This document shows positions 28,020 to 42,400 of a stretch of DNA of 64,000 bases, piece by piece. The notes under the pieces are model-generated. The model saw only the letters and a list, made by a program, of their open reading frames with translations, was not told where the DNA came from and made no database searches. The DNA lies in assembly GCF_009914755.1 (NCBI RefSeq), contig NC_060933.1. One strand, 5' to 3'. The position numbers and the translations under genes were made by a program. The stretch is from the human T2T-CHM13v2.0 reference genome, Homo sapiens. How positions within the stretch are numbered: the stretch's first letter is position 1; every line of letters starts with the position of its first letter.

Positions 28020-31000
28020 GAATCAACGCGAGTGCAGGGGAATGAAATGGAATCGAATGGAATAGAATGGAATGGAATGGAATCAACCCGAGTGCAGGGG
28101 AATGTAATGGAACGGAATGCAATGGAAAGGAATCATCCGGAATGGAATGGAATGGAATGGAATGGAATCAACCCGAGTGCAATGGAATGGAGTGGAATGG
28201 AATGGAATGGAATGGAACAATCCGAATGGAATGGAATGTAATGGAGAGTAAGGGAGTTGAAAAGAATTAATCCGAATGTAATGGAATGGAACGCAATGGA
28301 ATGGAATGGAATGGAATGGAATGGAATGGAATGCAATGGAATGGAATCAACCCGAGTACAATGGAATGGAATGGAATGGAATGGAATGGAATGGAATGGA
28401 ATGGAATGATACGGAATAGAATGGAATGGAACGAAATGGAATGGAATGGAATGGAATTGAATGGAATGGAATGGAATCGTTCCGAGTGGAATAGGAGGGA
28501 ATGTATTCGAGTGGAATGGAAAGGAATGGAATCAACAAGCGTGGAATGGAAGGGAATGGAATGGAATGGAAACTTATAGAATGGATTCAACCCGAGTGGA
28601 ATGGAATGGAAAGGACTGGAATAGAATGGAATGGAATGGAATCAATTCGATTGTAATGGAATGGAATGGAATGGAATGGAATGGAATGGAATGGAATCAA
28701 CCCGAGTGCAATGGAATGGAGTGGAATGGAATGGAATGGAATGGAACAACCCGAATGGAATGGAATGGAATGGAGAGTAAGGGAGTTGAATAGAATCAAT
28801 CCGAATGTAATGGAATGGAATGGAACGGAATGGAATTGAATGGAATGGAATGGAATGCAATGGAATGGAATCAACCCGAGTTCAATGGAATGGAGAGGAA
28901 TGGAATGGAATGGAATGGAAACTACCCGAATGGAATGGAATGTAATGGAGTGTAAGGGAATTGAATAGAATCAATCCGAATGTAATGGAATGGAATGGAA
29001 AGGAATGGAATGGAATGGAATGGAATGGAATGGAATGGAATGCAATGGAATGGAATCAACCCGAGTGCAATCGAATGGAATCAAATGGAATGGAATGCAA
29101 TGGAATGGATTCAACTTGAATGGAATGGAAAGAATGGAATCAACACGAGTGGAATGGCATGGATTGGAATGGAATGGAATGGAATCAACCCGAGTACAGG
29201 GGAATGGAATGGAATGGAATGCAATGGAATGGAATCATCCGTAATGGAATGGAAAGGAATAGAATGGAATGGAATGGAATGGAATGGAATGGAATGAACT
29301 CGATTGCAATCGAATGGATTGGAATGGAATTAACCCGAATAGAATGGAATTGAATGGAATGGAACGGAACGGAATGGAATGGAATGGAATGGAATGGAAT
29401 GGAACGGAAAGGAAGGGAATGGAATGGAATAGAATGGAATGGAATAGAATCAACGCAAGTGCAGGGGAATGGAATGGAATGGAATGCAATGGAATGGAAT
29501 CTTCCGGAACGGAACGGAATGGAATGGAATGGAATGGAATGGAATGGAATGGAATGGAATCAACCCGAATGCAATGGAATGGAGTGGAATCGAATGGAAT
29601 GGAATGGAACAACCCGAATGGAATGGAATGCAATGGAGAGTAAGGGAGTTGAATAGAATCAATCCGAATGTAATGGAATGGAATGGAACGGAATGTAATG
29701 GAATGGAATGGAATGGAATCAACCCGAGTGCAGGGGAATGGAATGGAAAGGAATGCATTGGAATGGAATCATCCGGAATGGAATGGAATGGAATGCAATG
29801 GAATGGAATGGAATGGAATCATCCCGAGTGCAAAGGAATGGAGTGAAATGGAATGGAATGGAATGGAAACAGCCAGAATGGATATGAATATAATGGAGTG
29901 TAAGGGAATTGAATAGAATCAACCTGAATGTAATGAAATGGAATGGAACGGAATGGAATGGAATGGAATGGAATGGAATGGAATGGAATGGAATGCAATG
30001 GAATGGAATCAACCCGAGTGCAATCGAATGGAATCGAATGGAATGGAATGCAATGGAATGGATTCAACTTGAATGGAATGGAAAGAATGGAATCAACACA
30101 AGTGGAATGGCATGGATTGGAATGGAATGGAATGGAATCAACCCGAGTACAGGGGAATGGAATGGAATGGAGTGCAATGGAATGGAATCATCCGTAATGG
30201 AATGGAAAGGAATGGAATGGAATGGAATGGAATGGAATGGAATCAACTCGATTGCAATCGAATGGAATGGAATGGAATTAACCCGAATAGAATGGAATGG
30301 AATGGAATGGAACGGAACGGAATGGAACGGAATGGAATGGAATGGAATGGAATGGAACGGAACGGAATGGAATGGAATGGAATGGAATGGAATGGAATGG
30401 AATGGAATCAACGCGAGTGCAGGGGAATGGAATGGAATGGAATGCAATGGAATGGAATCTTCCGGAATGGAATGGAATGGAACGGAATGGAATGAAACGC
30501 AATGGATTCAACTCGATTGCAATGGAATGGAATAGAATGGAATGGAATGGAATGGAATGGAATGGAATGGAATTAACCCGAATAGAATGGAATGGAATGG
30601 AATGGAACGGAATGGAACGGAATGGAATGGAATGGAATGGAATGGAATGGAATGGAATCAACGCGAGTGCAGGGGAATGGAATGGAACGGAATGCAATGG
30701 AATGGAATCATCCGGAATGGAATGGAATGGAATGCAATAGAATGGAATCAACCCGAGTGCAATGGAATGGAGTGGAATGGAATGGAATGGAATGGGATGG
30801 AACAACCCGAAAGGAATGGAATGTAATGGAGAGTAAGGGAGTTGAATAGAATCAATCCGAATGTAATGGAATGGAATGCAACGGAATGGAATGGAATGGA
30901 ATGGAATGGAATGCAATGGAATGGAATCAACCCGAGTACAATGAAATGGAATGGAATGGAATGGAATGGAACGGAATGGAATGGAATGCCTTCAAACCGA

Positions 31001-34000
31001 TTGGAATGGAAAGGAATGGAATCAACACGAGTGGAATGGAATGGAATGGAATAGAATGGAATGGAATGGAATCGTTCCGAGTGGAATAGGAGGGAATGTA
31101 TTCGAGTGGAATGGAAAGGAATGGAATCAACCAGAGTGGAATGGAAGAGAATGGAATGGATTGGAAACTAATAGAATGGAATCAACCTGAGTGGAATGGA
31201 ATGGAAAGGACTGGAATGGAAAGGAATGCAATGGAATGGAATGGAATGGAATGGAATGGAATCAACGCGTGTGCAGGGGAATGGAATGGAATCGAATGGA
31301 ATAGAATGGAATGCAATGGAATCAACCCGAGTGCAGGGGAATGTAATGGAACGGAATGCAATGGAATGGAATCATCCGGAATGGAATGGAATGGAATGGA
31401 ATGGAATCAACCCGAGTGCAATGGAATGGAGTGGAATGGAATGGAATGGAATGGAACAATCCGAATGGAATGGAATGTAATGGAGAGTAAGGGAGTTGAA
31501 AAGAATCAATCCGAATGTAATGGAATGGAACGGAATGGAATGGAATGGAATGGAATGGAATGGAATGGAATGGAATGCAATGGAATGGAATTAACCCGAG
31601 TACAATGGAATGGAATGGAATGGAATGGAATGGAATGGAATGGAATGGAATGGAATGATACGGAATAGAATGGAATGGAACGAAATGGAATGGAATGGAA
31701 TGGAATTGAATGGAATGGAATGGAATTGTTCCGAGTGGAATAGGAGGGAATGTATTCGAGTGGAATGGAAAGGAATGGAATCAACAAGCGTGGAATGGAA
31801 GGGAATGGAATGGAATGGAAACTAATAGAATGGATTCAACCCGAGTGGAATGGAATGGAAAGGACTGGAATAGAATGGAATGGAATGGAATCAATTCGAT
31901 TGTAATGGAATGGAATGGAATGGAATGGAATGGAATGGAATGGAATGGAATGGAATCAACCCGAGTGCAATGGAATGGAGTGGAATGGAATGGAATGGAA
32001 TGGAACAACCCGAATGGAATGGAATGTAATGGAGAGTAAGGGAGTTGAATAGAATCAATCCGAATGTAATGGAATGGAATGGAACGGAATGGAATTGAAT
32101 GGAATGGAATGGAATGCAATGGAATGGAGTCAACCCGAGTGCAATGGAATGGAGAGGAATGGAATGGAATGGAATGGAAACTACCCGAATGGAATGGAAT
32201 GTAATGGAGTGTAAGGGAATTGAATAGAATCAATCCGAATGGAATGGAATGGAATGGAACGGAATGTAATGGAATGGAATGGAATGGAATCAACCCGATT
32301 GCAGGGGAATGGAATGGAAAGGAATGCAATGGAATGGAATCATACGGAATGGAATGGAATGGAATGCAATGGAATGGAATGGAATGGAATCAACCCGAGT
32401 GCAATGGAATGGAGTGAAATGGAATGGAATGGAATGGAAACAACCAGAATGGATTGGAATATAATGGAGTGTAAGGGAATTGAATAGAATCAATCTGAAT
32501 GTAATGAAATGGAATGGAACGGAATGGAATGGAATGGAATCGAATGGAATGGAATGCAATGGAATGGATTCAACTTGAATGGAATGGAAAGAATGCAATC
32601 AACACGAGTGGAATGGCATGGATTGGAATGGAATGGAATGGAATGAACCCGAGTACAGGGGAATGGAATGGAATGGAATACAATGGAATGGAATCATCTG
32701 TAATGGAATGGAAAGGAATGGAATGGAATGGAATGGAATGGAATGGAATGGAATGGAATGGAATCAACTCGATTGCAATCGAATGGAATGGAATGGAATT
32801 AACCCGAATAGAATGGAATGGAATGGAATGGAACGGAACGGAATGGAATGGAATGGAATGGAATGGAACGGAACGGAATGGAATGGAATGGAATGGAATG
32901 GAATGGAATGGAATCAACGCGAGTGCAGGGGAATGGAATGGAATGGAATGCAATGGAATGGAATCTTCCGGAATGGAATGGAATGGAATGGAATGGAATG
33001 GAATGAAATGCAATGGATTCAACTCGATTGCAATGGAATGGAATAGAATGGAATGGAATGGAATGGAATGGAATGGAATTAACCCGAATAGAATGGAATG
33101 GAATGGAATGGAATGGAACGGAATGGAACGGAATGGAATGGAATGAAATGGAATGGAATGGTATGGAATGGAATGGAATGGTACGGAATAGAATGGAATG
33201 GAACGAATTGTAATGGAATGGAATTGAATGGAATGGAATGGAATGGAATCAACGCGAGTGCAGGGGAATGTAATGGAACGGAATGCAATGGAATGGAATC
33301 ATCCGGAATGGAATGGAATGGAATGGAATGGAATGGAATGGAATCAACCCGAGTGCAATGGAATGGAGTGGAATGGAATGGAATGGAATGGAATGGAACA
33401 ACCCGAATGGAATGGAATGAAATGGAGAGTAAGGGAGTTGAATAGAATCAATCTGAATGTAATGGAATGGAATGCAGCGGAATGGAATGGAATGGAATGG
33501 AATGGAATGGAATGGAATGCAATGGAATGGAATCACCCCGAGTACAATGAAATGGAAAGGAATGGAATGGAATGGAATGGAATGGAATGGAATGGAATGG
33601 AATATAATGGAGAGTAAGGGAGTTGAATAGAATCAATCCGAATGTAATGGAATGGAATGCAACGGAATGGAATGGAATGGAATGGAATGGAATGCAATGG
33701 AATGGAATCACCCCGAGTACAATGAAATGGAAAGGAATGGAATGGAATGGAATGGAATGTAATGGAATGGAATGGAATGGAATGCCTTGAAACCGAATGG
33801 AATGGAAAGGAATGGAATCAACACGAGTGGAATGGAATGGAACGGGATGGAATGGAATGGAATGGAATGGAATCGTCCCGAGTGGAATAGGAGGGAATGT
33901 ATTCGAGTGGAATGGAAAGGAATGGAATCAAGCAGAGTGGAATGGAAGGGAATGGAATGGATTGGAAACTAATAGAATGGAATCAACCTGAGTGGAATGG

Positions 34001-37000
34001 AATGGAAAGGACTGGAATGGAAAGGAATGGAATGGAATATAATGGAATGGAATGGAATGGAATGGAATGGAATGGAATGGAATGGAATGGAATCAACGCG
34101 AATGCAGGGGAATGGAATGGTATCGAATGGAATAGAATGGAATGGAATGGAATCAACCCGAGTGCAGGGGAATGTAATGGAACGGAATGCAATGGAATGG
34201 AATCATCCGGAATGGAATGGAATGGAATGGAATGGAATCAACCCGAGTGCAATGGAATGGAGTGGAATGGAATGGAATGGAATGGAACAATCCGAATGGA
34301 ATGGAATGTAATGGAGAGTAAGGGAGTTGAAAAGAATCAATCAGAATGTAATGGAATGGAACGGAAAGGAATGGAATGGAATGGAATGGAATGGAATGCA
34401 ATGGAATGGAATCAACCCGAGTACAATGGAATGGAATGGAATGGAATGGAATGGAATGGAATGGAAAGGAATGGAATGATACGGAATAGAATGGAATGGA
34501 ACGAAATGGAATGGAATGGAATGGAATGGAATGCAATGGAATGGAATGGAATGGAATGGAATGGAATGGAATGGAATCGTTCCGAGTGGAATAGGAGGGA
34601 ATGTATTCGAGTGGAATGGAAAGGAATGGAATCAACAAGAGTGGAATGGAAGGGAATGGAATGGAATGGAAACTAATAGAATGGAATCAACCCGAGTGGA
34701 ATGGAATGGAAAGGACTGGAATAGAATGGAATGGAATGGAATCAACTCGATTGTAATGGAATGGAATGGAATAGAATGGAATGGAATGGAATGGAATCAA
34801 CCCGAGTGCAATGGAATGGAGTGGAATGGAATGGAATGGAATGGAACCACCCGAATGGAATGGAATGTAACGGAGAGTAAGGGAGTTGAATAGAATCAAT
34901 CCGAATGTAATGGAATGGAATGGAACGGAATGGAATTGAATGGAATGGAATGGAATGCAATGGAATGGAATCAACCCGAGTGCAGTGGAATGGAGAGGAA
35001 TGGAATGGAATGGAATGGAAACTACCCGAATGGAATGGAATGTAATGGAGTGTAAGGGAATTGAATAGAATCAATCCGAATGTAATGGAATGGAATGGAA
35101 TGGAATGGAATGAAATGGAATGGAATCAACCCGAGTGCAATCGAATGGAATCGAATGGAATGGAATGCAATGGAATGGATTCAACTTGAATGAAATGGAA
35201 AGAATGGAATCAACACGAGTGGAATGGCATGGATTGGAATGGAATGGAATGGAATCAACCCGAGTACAGGGGAATGGAATGGAATGGAATGCAATGGAAT
35301 GGAATCATCCGTAATGGAATGGAAAGGAACGGAATGGAATGGAATGGAATGGAATGGAATGGAATGGAATGGAATCAACTCGATTGCAATCGAATGGAAT
35401 GGAATGGAATTAACCCGAATAGAATGGAATGGAATGGAACGGAACGGAATGGAATGGAATGGAATGGCATGGAATGGAATGGAATGGAATCAACCCGACT
35501 GCAGGGGAATGGAATGGAATGGAATGCAATGGAATGGATTCAACTTGAATGGAATGGAAAGAATGGAACCAACACGAGTGGAATGGCATGGATTGGAAAG
35601 GAATGGAATGGAATCAACCCGAGTGCAGGGGAATGTAATGGAACGGAATGCAATGGAATGGAATCATCCGGAATGGAATGGAATGGAATGGAATGGAATG
35701 GAATGGAATGGAATGGAACGGAAAGGAATGGAATGGAATGGAATGGAATGGAATGGAATGGAATCAACGCGAGTGCAGGGGAATGGAATGGAATGGAATG
35801 CAATGGAATGGAATCTTCCGGAATGGAATGGAATGGAATGGAATGGAATGGAATGGAATGGAATAAACCCGAGTGCAATGGAATGGAGTGGAATGGAATG
35901 GAATGGAATGGAACAACCCGAATTGAATGGAATGTAATGGAGAACAAGGGAGTTGAATAGAATCAATCCGAATGTAATGGAATGGAATGGAACGGAATGG
36001 AATTGAATGGAATGGAATGGAATGGAATCAACCCGAGTGCAATGGAATGGAGAGGAATGGAATGGAATGGAATGGAAACTACCCGAATGGAATGGAATGT
36101 AATGGAGTGTAAGGGAATTGAATAGAATCAATCCGAATGTAATGGAATGGAACGGAACGCAATGGAATGGAATGGAATGGAATGGAATGGAATGGAATGC
36201 AATGTAATGGAATCAACCCGAGTGCAATCGAATGGAATCCAATGGAATGGAATGTAATGAAATGGATTCAACTTGAATGGAATGGAAAGAATGGAATCAA
36301 CACGAGTGGAATGGCATGGATTGGAATGGAATGGAATGGAATCAACCCGAATAGAATGGAATGGAATGGAATGGAACGGAACGGAATGGAATGGAATGGA
36401 ATAGAATGGAATGGAACGGAACGGAACGGAATGGATGGAATGGAATGGAATGGAATGGAATGGAATCAACGCGCGTGCAGGGGAATGGAATGGAATGGAA
36501 TGCAATGGAATGGAATCTTCCGGAATGGAATGGAATGGAATGGAATGGAATGGAATGGAATGAAATGCAATGGATTCAACTCGATTGCAATGGAATGGAA
36601 TAGAATGGAATGGAATGGAATGGAATGGAATGGAATTAACCCGAATAGAATGGAATGGAATGGAATGGAACGGAACGGAACGGAATGGATGGAATGGAAT
36701 GGAATGGAATGGAATGGAATCAACGCGAGTGCAGGGGAATGTAATGGAACGGAATGCAATCGAATGGAATCATCCGGAATGGAATGGAATGGAATGGAAT
36801 GGAATGGAATAAACCCGAGTGCAATGGAATGGAGTGGAATGGAAAGGAATGGAATGGAATGGAACAACCCGAATGGAATGGAATGTAATGGAGAGTAAGG
36901 GAGTTGAATAGAATCAATCCGAATGTAATGGAATGTAATGCAACGGAATGGAAAGGAATGGAATGGAATGGAATGGAATGCAATGGAATGGAATCAACCC

Positions 37001-40000
37001 GAGTACAATGGAATAGAATGGAATGGAATGGAATGGAGTGGAATGGAATGGAATGGAATGGAATGCCTTCAAACCGAATGGAATGGAAAGGAATGGAATC
37101 AACACGAGTGGAATGGAATGGAATGGAATGGAATGGAATGGAATGGAATGATACGGAATAGAATGGAATGCAACGAAATGGAATGGAATGGAATGGAATG
37201 GAATGGAATGGAATGGAATGGAATGGAATCGTTCCGAGTGGAATAGGAGGGAATGTATTCGAGTGGAATGGAAAGGAATGGAATCAACCAGAGTGGAATG
37301 GAAGGGAATGGAATGGAATGGAAACTTATAGAATGGAATCAACCCGAGTGGAATGGAATGGAAAGGACTGGAATGGAAAGGAATGGAATGGAATGGAATG
37401 GAATGGAATGGAATGGAATCAACGCGAGTGCAGGGGAATGGAATGGAATGGAATGGAATGGAATGGAATGGAATCAACCCGAGTGCAGGGGAATGTAATG
37501 GAACGGAATGCAATGGAATGGAATCATCCGGAATGGAATGGAATGGAATGGAATGGAATCAACCCGAGTGCAATGGAATAGAGCGGAATGGAAAGGAATG
37601 GAATGGAACAACCCGAATGGAATGGAATGTAATGGAGAGAAAGGGAGTTGAAAAGAATCAATCCCAATGTAATGGAATGGAATGGAACGGAATGGAATGG
37701 AATGGAATGGAATGGAATGGAATGCAATGGAACGGAATCAACCCGAGTAAAATGGAATGGAATGGAATGGAATGGAATGGAATGGAATGGAATGGAATGG
37801 AATGCAATGGAATGCAATGGAATGGAATCTTCCGGAATGGAATGGAATGGAATGGAATGGAATGGAATGGAATGGAATGCAATGGATTCAACTCCATTGC
37901 AATGGAATGGAATAGAATGGAATGGAATGGAATGGAATTAAACCGAATAGAATGGAATGGAATGGAATGGAACGGAACGGAACGGAACGGAACGGAGCGG
38001 AATGGAATGGAATGGAATTGTATGGAATGGAATGGAATGTTACGGAATAGAATGGAATGGAAAGAATTGGAATGGAATGGAATCGAATGGAATGGAGTGG
38101 AATGGAATGGAATCAACCCGAGTGCAGGGGAATGTAATGGAACGGAATGCAATGGAATGGAATCATCCGGAATGGAATGGAATGGAATGGAATCAACCCG
38201 AGTGCAATGGAATGGAGTGGAATGGAATGGAATGGAATGTAACAACCCGAATGGAATGTAATGTAATGGAGAATTAGGGAGTTGAATAGAATCAATCCGA
38301 ATGTAATGGAATGGAACGGAACGGAATGGAATGGAATGGAATTGAATGGAATGCAATGGAATGGAATCAACCCGAGTACAATGGAACGGAATGGAATGGA
38401 ATGGAATGGAATGGAATGGAATGGAATGGAATGGAATGGAATCAACCCGAGTGCAATGGAATGGAGAGGAATGGAATGGAATGGAATGGAAACTACCCGA
38501 ATGGAATGGAATGTAATGGAGTGTAAGGGAATTGAATAGAATCTATCCGAATGGAATGGAATGGAACGGAATGTAATGGAATGGAATGGAATGGAATCTA
38601 CCCGAGTGCAGGGGAATGGAATGGAAAGGAATGCAATGGAATGGAATCATCCGGAATGGAATGGAATGGAATGCAATGGAATGGAATGGAATGGAATCAA
38701 CCCGAGTGCAATGGAATGGAGTGAAATGGAATGGAATGGAATGGAAACAACCAGAATGGATTGGAATATAATGGAGTGTAAGGGAATTGAATAGAATCAA
38801 TCTGAATGTAATGAAATGGAATGGAACGGAATGGAATGGAATGGAATGGAATGGAATGGAATGGAATGGAATCAACCCGAGTGCAATCGAATAGAATCGA
38901 ATGGAATGGAATGCAATGGAATGGATTCAACTTGAATGGAATGGAAAGAATGGAATCAACACGAGTGGAATGGCATGGATTGGAATGGAATGGAATGGAA
39001 TCAACCCGAGTACAGGGGAATGGAATGGAATGGAATGCAATGGAATGGAATCATCCGTAATGGAATGGAAAGGAATGGAATGGAATGGAATGGAATGGAA
39101 TGGAATGGAATGTAATCAACTCGATTGCAATCGAATGGAATGGAATGGAATTAACCCGAATAGAATGGAATGGAATGGAATGGAACGGAACGGAACGGAA
39201 TGGAATGGAATGGAATGGAATGGAATGGAATGGAACGGAACGGAACGGAATGGAATGGAATGGAATGGAATGGAATGGAATCAACGCGAGTGCAGGGGAA
39301 TGGAATGGAATGGAATGCAATGGAATGGAATCTTCCAGAATGGAATGGAATGGAATGGAATGGAATGAAATGCAATGGATTCAAATCGATTGCAATGGAA
39401 TGGAATAGAATGGAATGGAATGGAATGGAATTAACCCAAATAGAATGGAATGGAATGGAATGGAACGGAATGGAACGGAATGGAATGGAATGGAATGGAA
39501 TGGAATGGTATGGAATGGAATGGAATGGTACGGAATAGAATGGAATGGAACGAATTGTAATGGAATGGAATTGAATGGAATGGAATGGAATGGAATGGAA
39601 TCAACGCGAGTGCAGGGGAATGTAATGGAACGGAATGCAATGGAATGGAATCATCCGGAATGGAATGGAATGGAATGGAATCGAATGGAATCAACCCGAG
39701 TGCAATGGAATGGAGTGAATTGGAATGGAATGGAATGGAATGGAACAACCCGAAAGGAATGGAATGTAATGGAGAGTAAGGGAGTTGAATAGAATCAATC
39801 CGAATGTAATGGAATGGAATGCAACGGAATGGAATGGAATGGAATGGAATGGAATGCAATGGAATGGAATCAACCAGAGTACAATGAAATGGAATGGAAT
39901 GGAATGGAATGGAATGGAATGGAATGGAATGCCTTCAAACCGAATGGAATGGAAAGGAATGGAATCAACACGAGTGGAATGGAATGGAATGGAATGGAAT

Positions 40001-42400
40001 GGAATGGAATGGAATGGAATGGAATGGAATGGAATGATACGGAATAGAATGGAATGGAACGAAATGGAATGGAATGGAAAGGAATGGAATGGAAGGGAAT
40101 GGAATGGAACCGTTCAGAGTGGAATAGGAAGGAATGTATTCGAGTGGAATGGAAAGGAATGGAATCAACCAGAGTGGAATGGAAGGGAATGGAATGGATT
40201 GGAAACTAATACAATGGAATCAACCTGAGTGGAATGGAATGGAAAGGACTGGAATGGAAAGGAATGGAATGGAATGGAATGGAATGGAATGGAATGGAAT
40301 GGAATCAACGCGAGTACAGGGGAATGGAATGGAATCGAATGGAATAGAATGGAATGGAATGGAATCAACCCGAGTGCAGGGGAATGTAATGGAACGGAAT
40401 GCAATGGAATGGAATCATCCGGAATGGAATGGAATGGAATGGAATGGAATCAACCCGAGTGCAATGGAATGGAGTGGAATGGAATGGAATGGAATGGAAC
40501 AATCCGAATGGAATGGAATGTAATGGAGAGTAAGGGAGTTGAAAAGAATCAATCCGAATGTAATGGAATGGAACGGAATGGAATGGAATGGAATGGAATG
40601 GAATGGAATGGAATGGAATGGAATGGAATGGAATCAACCCGAGTACAATGGAATGGAATGGAATGGAATGGACTGGAATGGAATGGAATGGAATGGAATG
40701 ATACGGAATAGAATGGAATGGAACGAAATGGAATGGAATGGAATGGAATGGAATGCAATGGAATGGAATGCAATGGAAAGGAATCGTTCCGAGTGGAATA
40801 GGAGGGAATGTATTCGAGTGGAATGGAAAGGAATGGAATCAAAAAGAGTGGAATGGAAGGGAATGGAATGGAATGGAAACTAATAGAATGGAATCAACCC
40901 GAGTGGAATGGAATGGAAAGGACTGGAATAGAATGGAATGGAATGGAATCAACTCGACTGTAATGGAATGGAATGGAATGGAATGGAATGGAATGGAATG
41001 GAATGGAATCAACCCGAGTGCAATGGAATGGAGTGGAATGGAATGGAATGGAATGGAACAACCCGAATGGAATGGAATGTAATGGAGAGTAAGGGAGTTG
41101 AATAGAATCAATCCGAATGTAATGGAATGGAATGGAACGGAATGGAATTGAATGGAATGGAATGGAATGCAATGGAATGGAATCAACCCGAGTGCAATGG
41201 AATGGAGAGGAATGGAATGGAATGGAATGGAAACTACCCGAATGCAATGTAATGTAATGGAGTGTAAGGGAATTGAATAGAATCAATCCGAATGGAATGG
41301 AATGGAATGGAACGGAACGGAATGGAATGGAATGGAATGGAATGGAATGGAATGGAATGCAATGGAATGGAATCAACCCGAGTGCAATCGAATGGAATCG
41401 AATGGAATGGAATGCAATGGAATGGATTCAACTTGAATGCAATGGAAAGAATGGAATCAACACGAGTGGAATGGCATGGATTGGAATGGAATGGAATGGA
41501 ATTAACCCGAGTACAGGGGAATGGAATGGAATGGAATGCAATGGAATGGAATCATCCGTAATGGAATGGAAAGGAAAGGAATGGAATGGAATGGAATGGA
41601 ATGGAATGGAATGGAATCAACTCGATTGCAATCGAATGGAATGGAATGGAATTAACCCGAATAGAATGGAATGGAATGGAATGGGACGGAACGGAATGGA
41701 ATGGAATGGAAAGGAATGGAATGGAATGGAACGGAACGGAATGGAATGGAATGGAATGGAATGGAATCAATGCGAGTGCAGGGGAATGGAATGGAATGGA
41801 ATGCAATGGAATGGAATCTTCCGGAATGGAATGGAAGGGAATGGAATGGAATGAAATGCAATGGATTCAACTAGATTGCAATGGAATGGAATAGAATGGA
41901 ATGGAATGGAATGGAATGGAATTAATCCGAATAGAATGGAATGGAATGGAATGGAACGGAATGGAACGGAATGGAATGGAATGGAATGGAATGGAACGGT
42001 ATGGAATGGAATGGAATGGTACGGAATAGAATGGAATGGGACGAATTGTAATGGAATGGAATTGAATGGAATGGAATGGAATGGAATGGAATCAACGCGA
42101 GTGCAGGGGAATGTAATGGAACGGAATGCAATGGAATGGAATCATCCGGAATGGAATGGAATGGAATGGAATGGAATGGAAAGGAATCAACCCGAGTGCA
42201 ATGGAAGGGAGTGGAATGGAATGGAATGGAATGGAACAACCCGAATGGAATGGAATGTAATGGAGAGTAAGGGAGTTGAATAGAATCAATCCGAATGTAA
42301 TGGAAAGGAATGCAACGGAATGGAATGGAATGGAATGCAATGGAATTGAATCAACCCGAGTACAATGGAATGGAACGGAATGGAATGGAATGGAATGGAA
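28020..42400 (+). repeat. Diverged ~2.8-3.3 kb periodic HSat3 domain
   Basis: GCCTT(C/G)AAACCGA at 30988, 33784, 37065, 39931; AACAATCCGA at ~28216, ~31455, ~34286, ~40498; paired GTTCCGAGTGGAATAGGAGGG-type modules at 31073/31727, 33874/34578, 40111/40785. Boundaries approximate. Confidence 0.75.
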
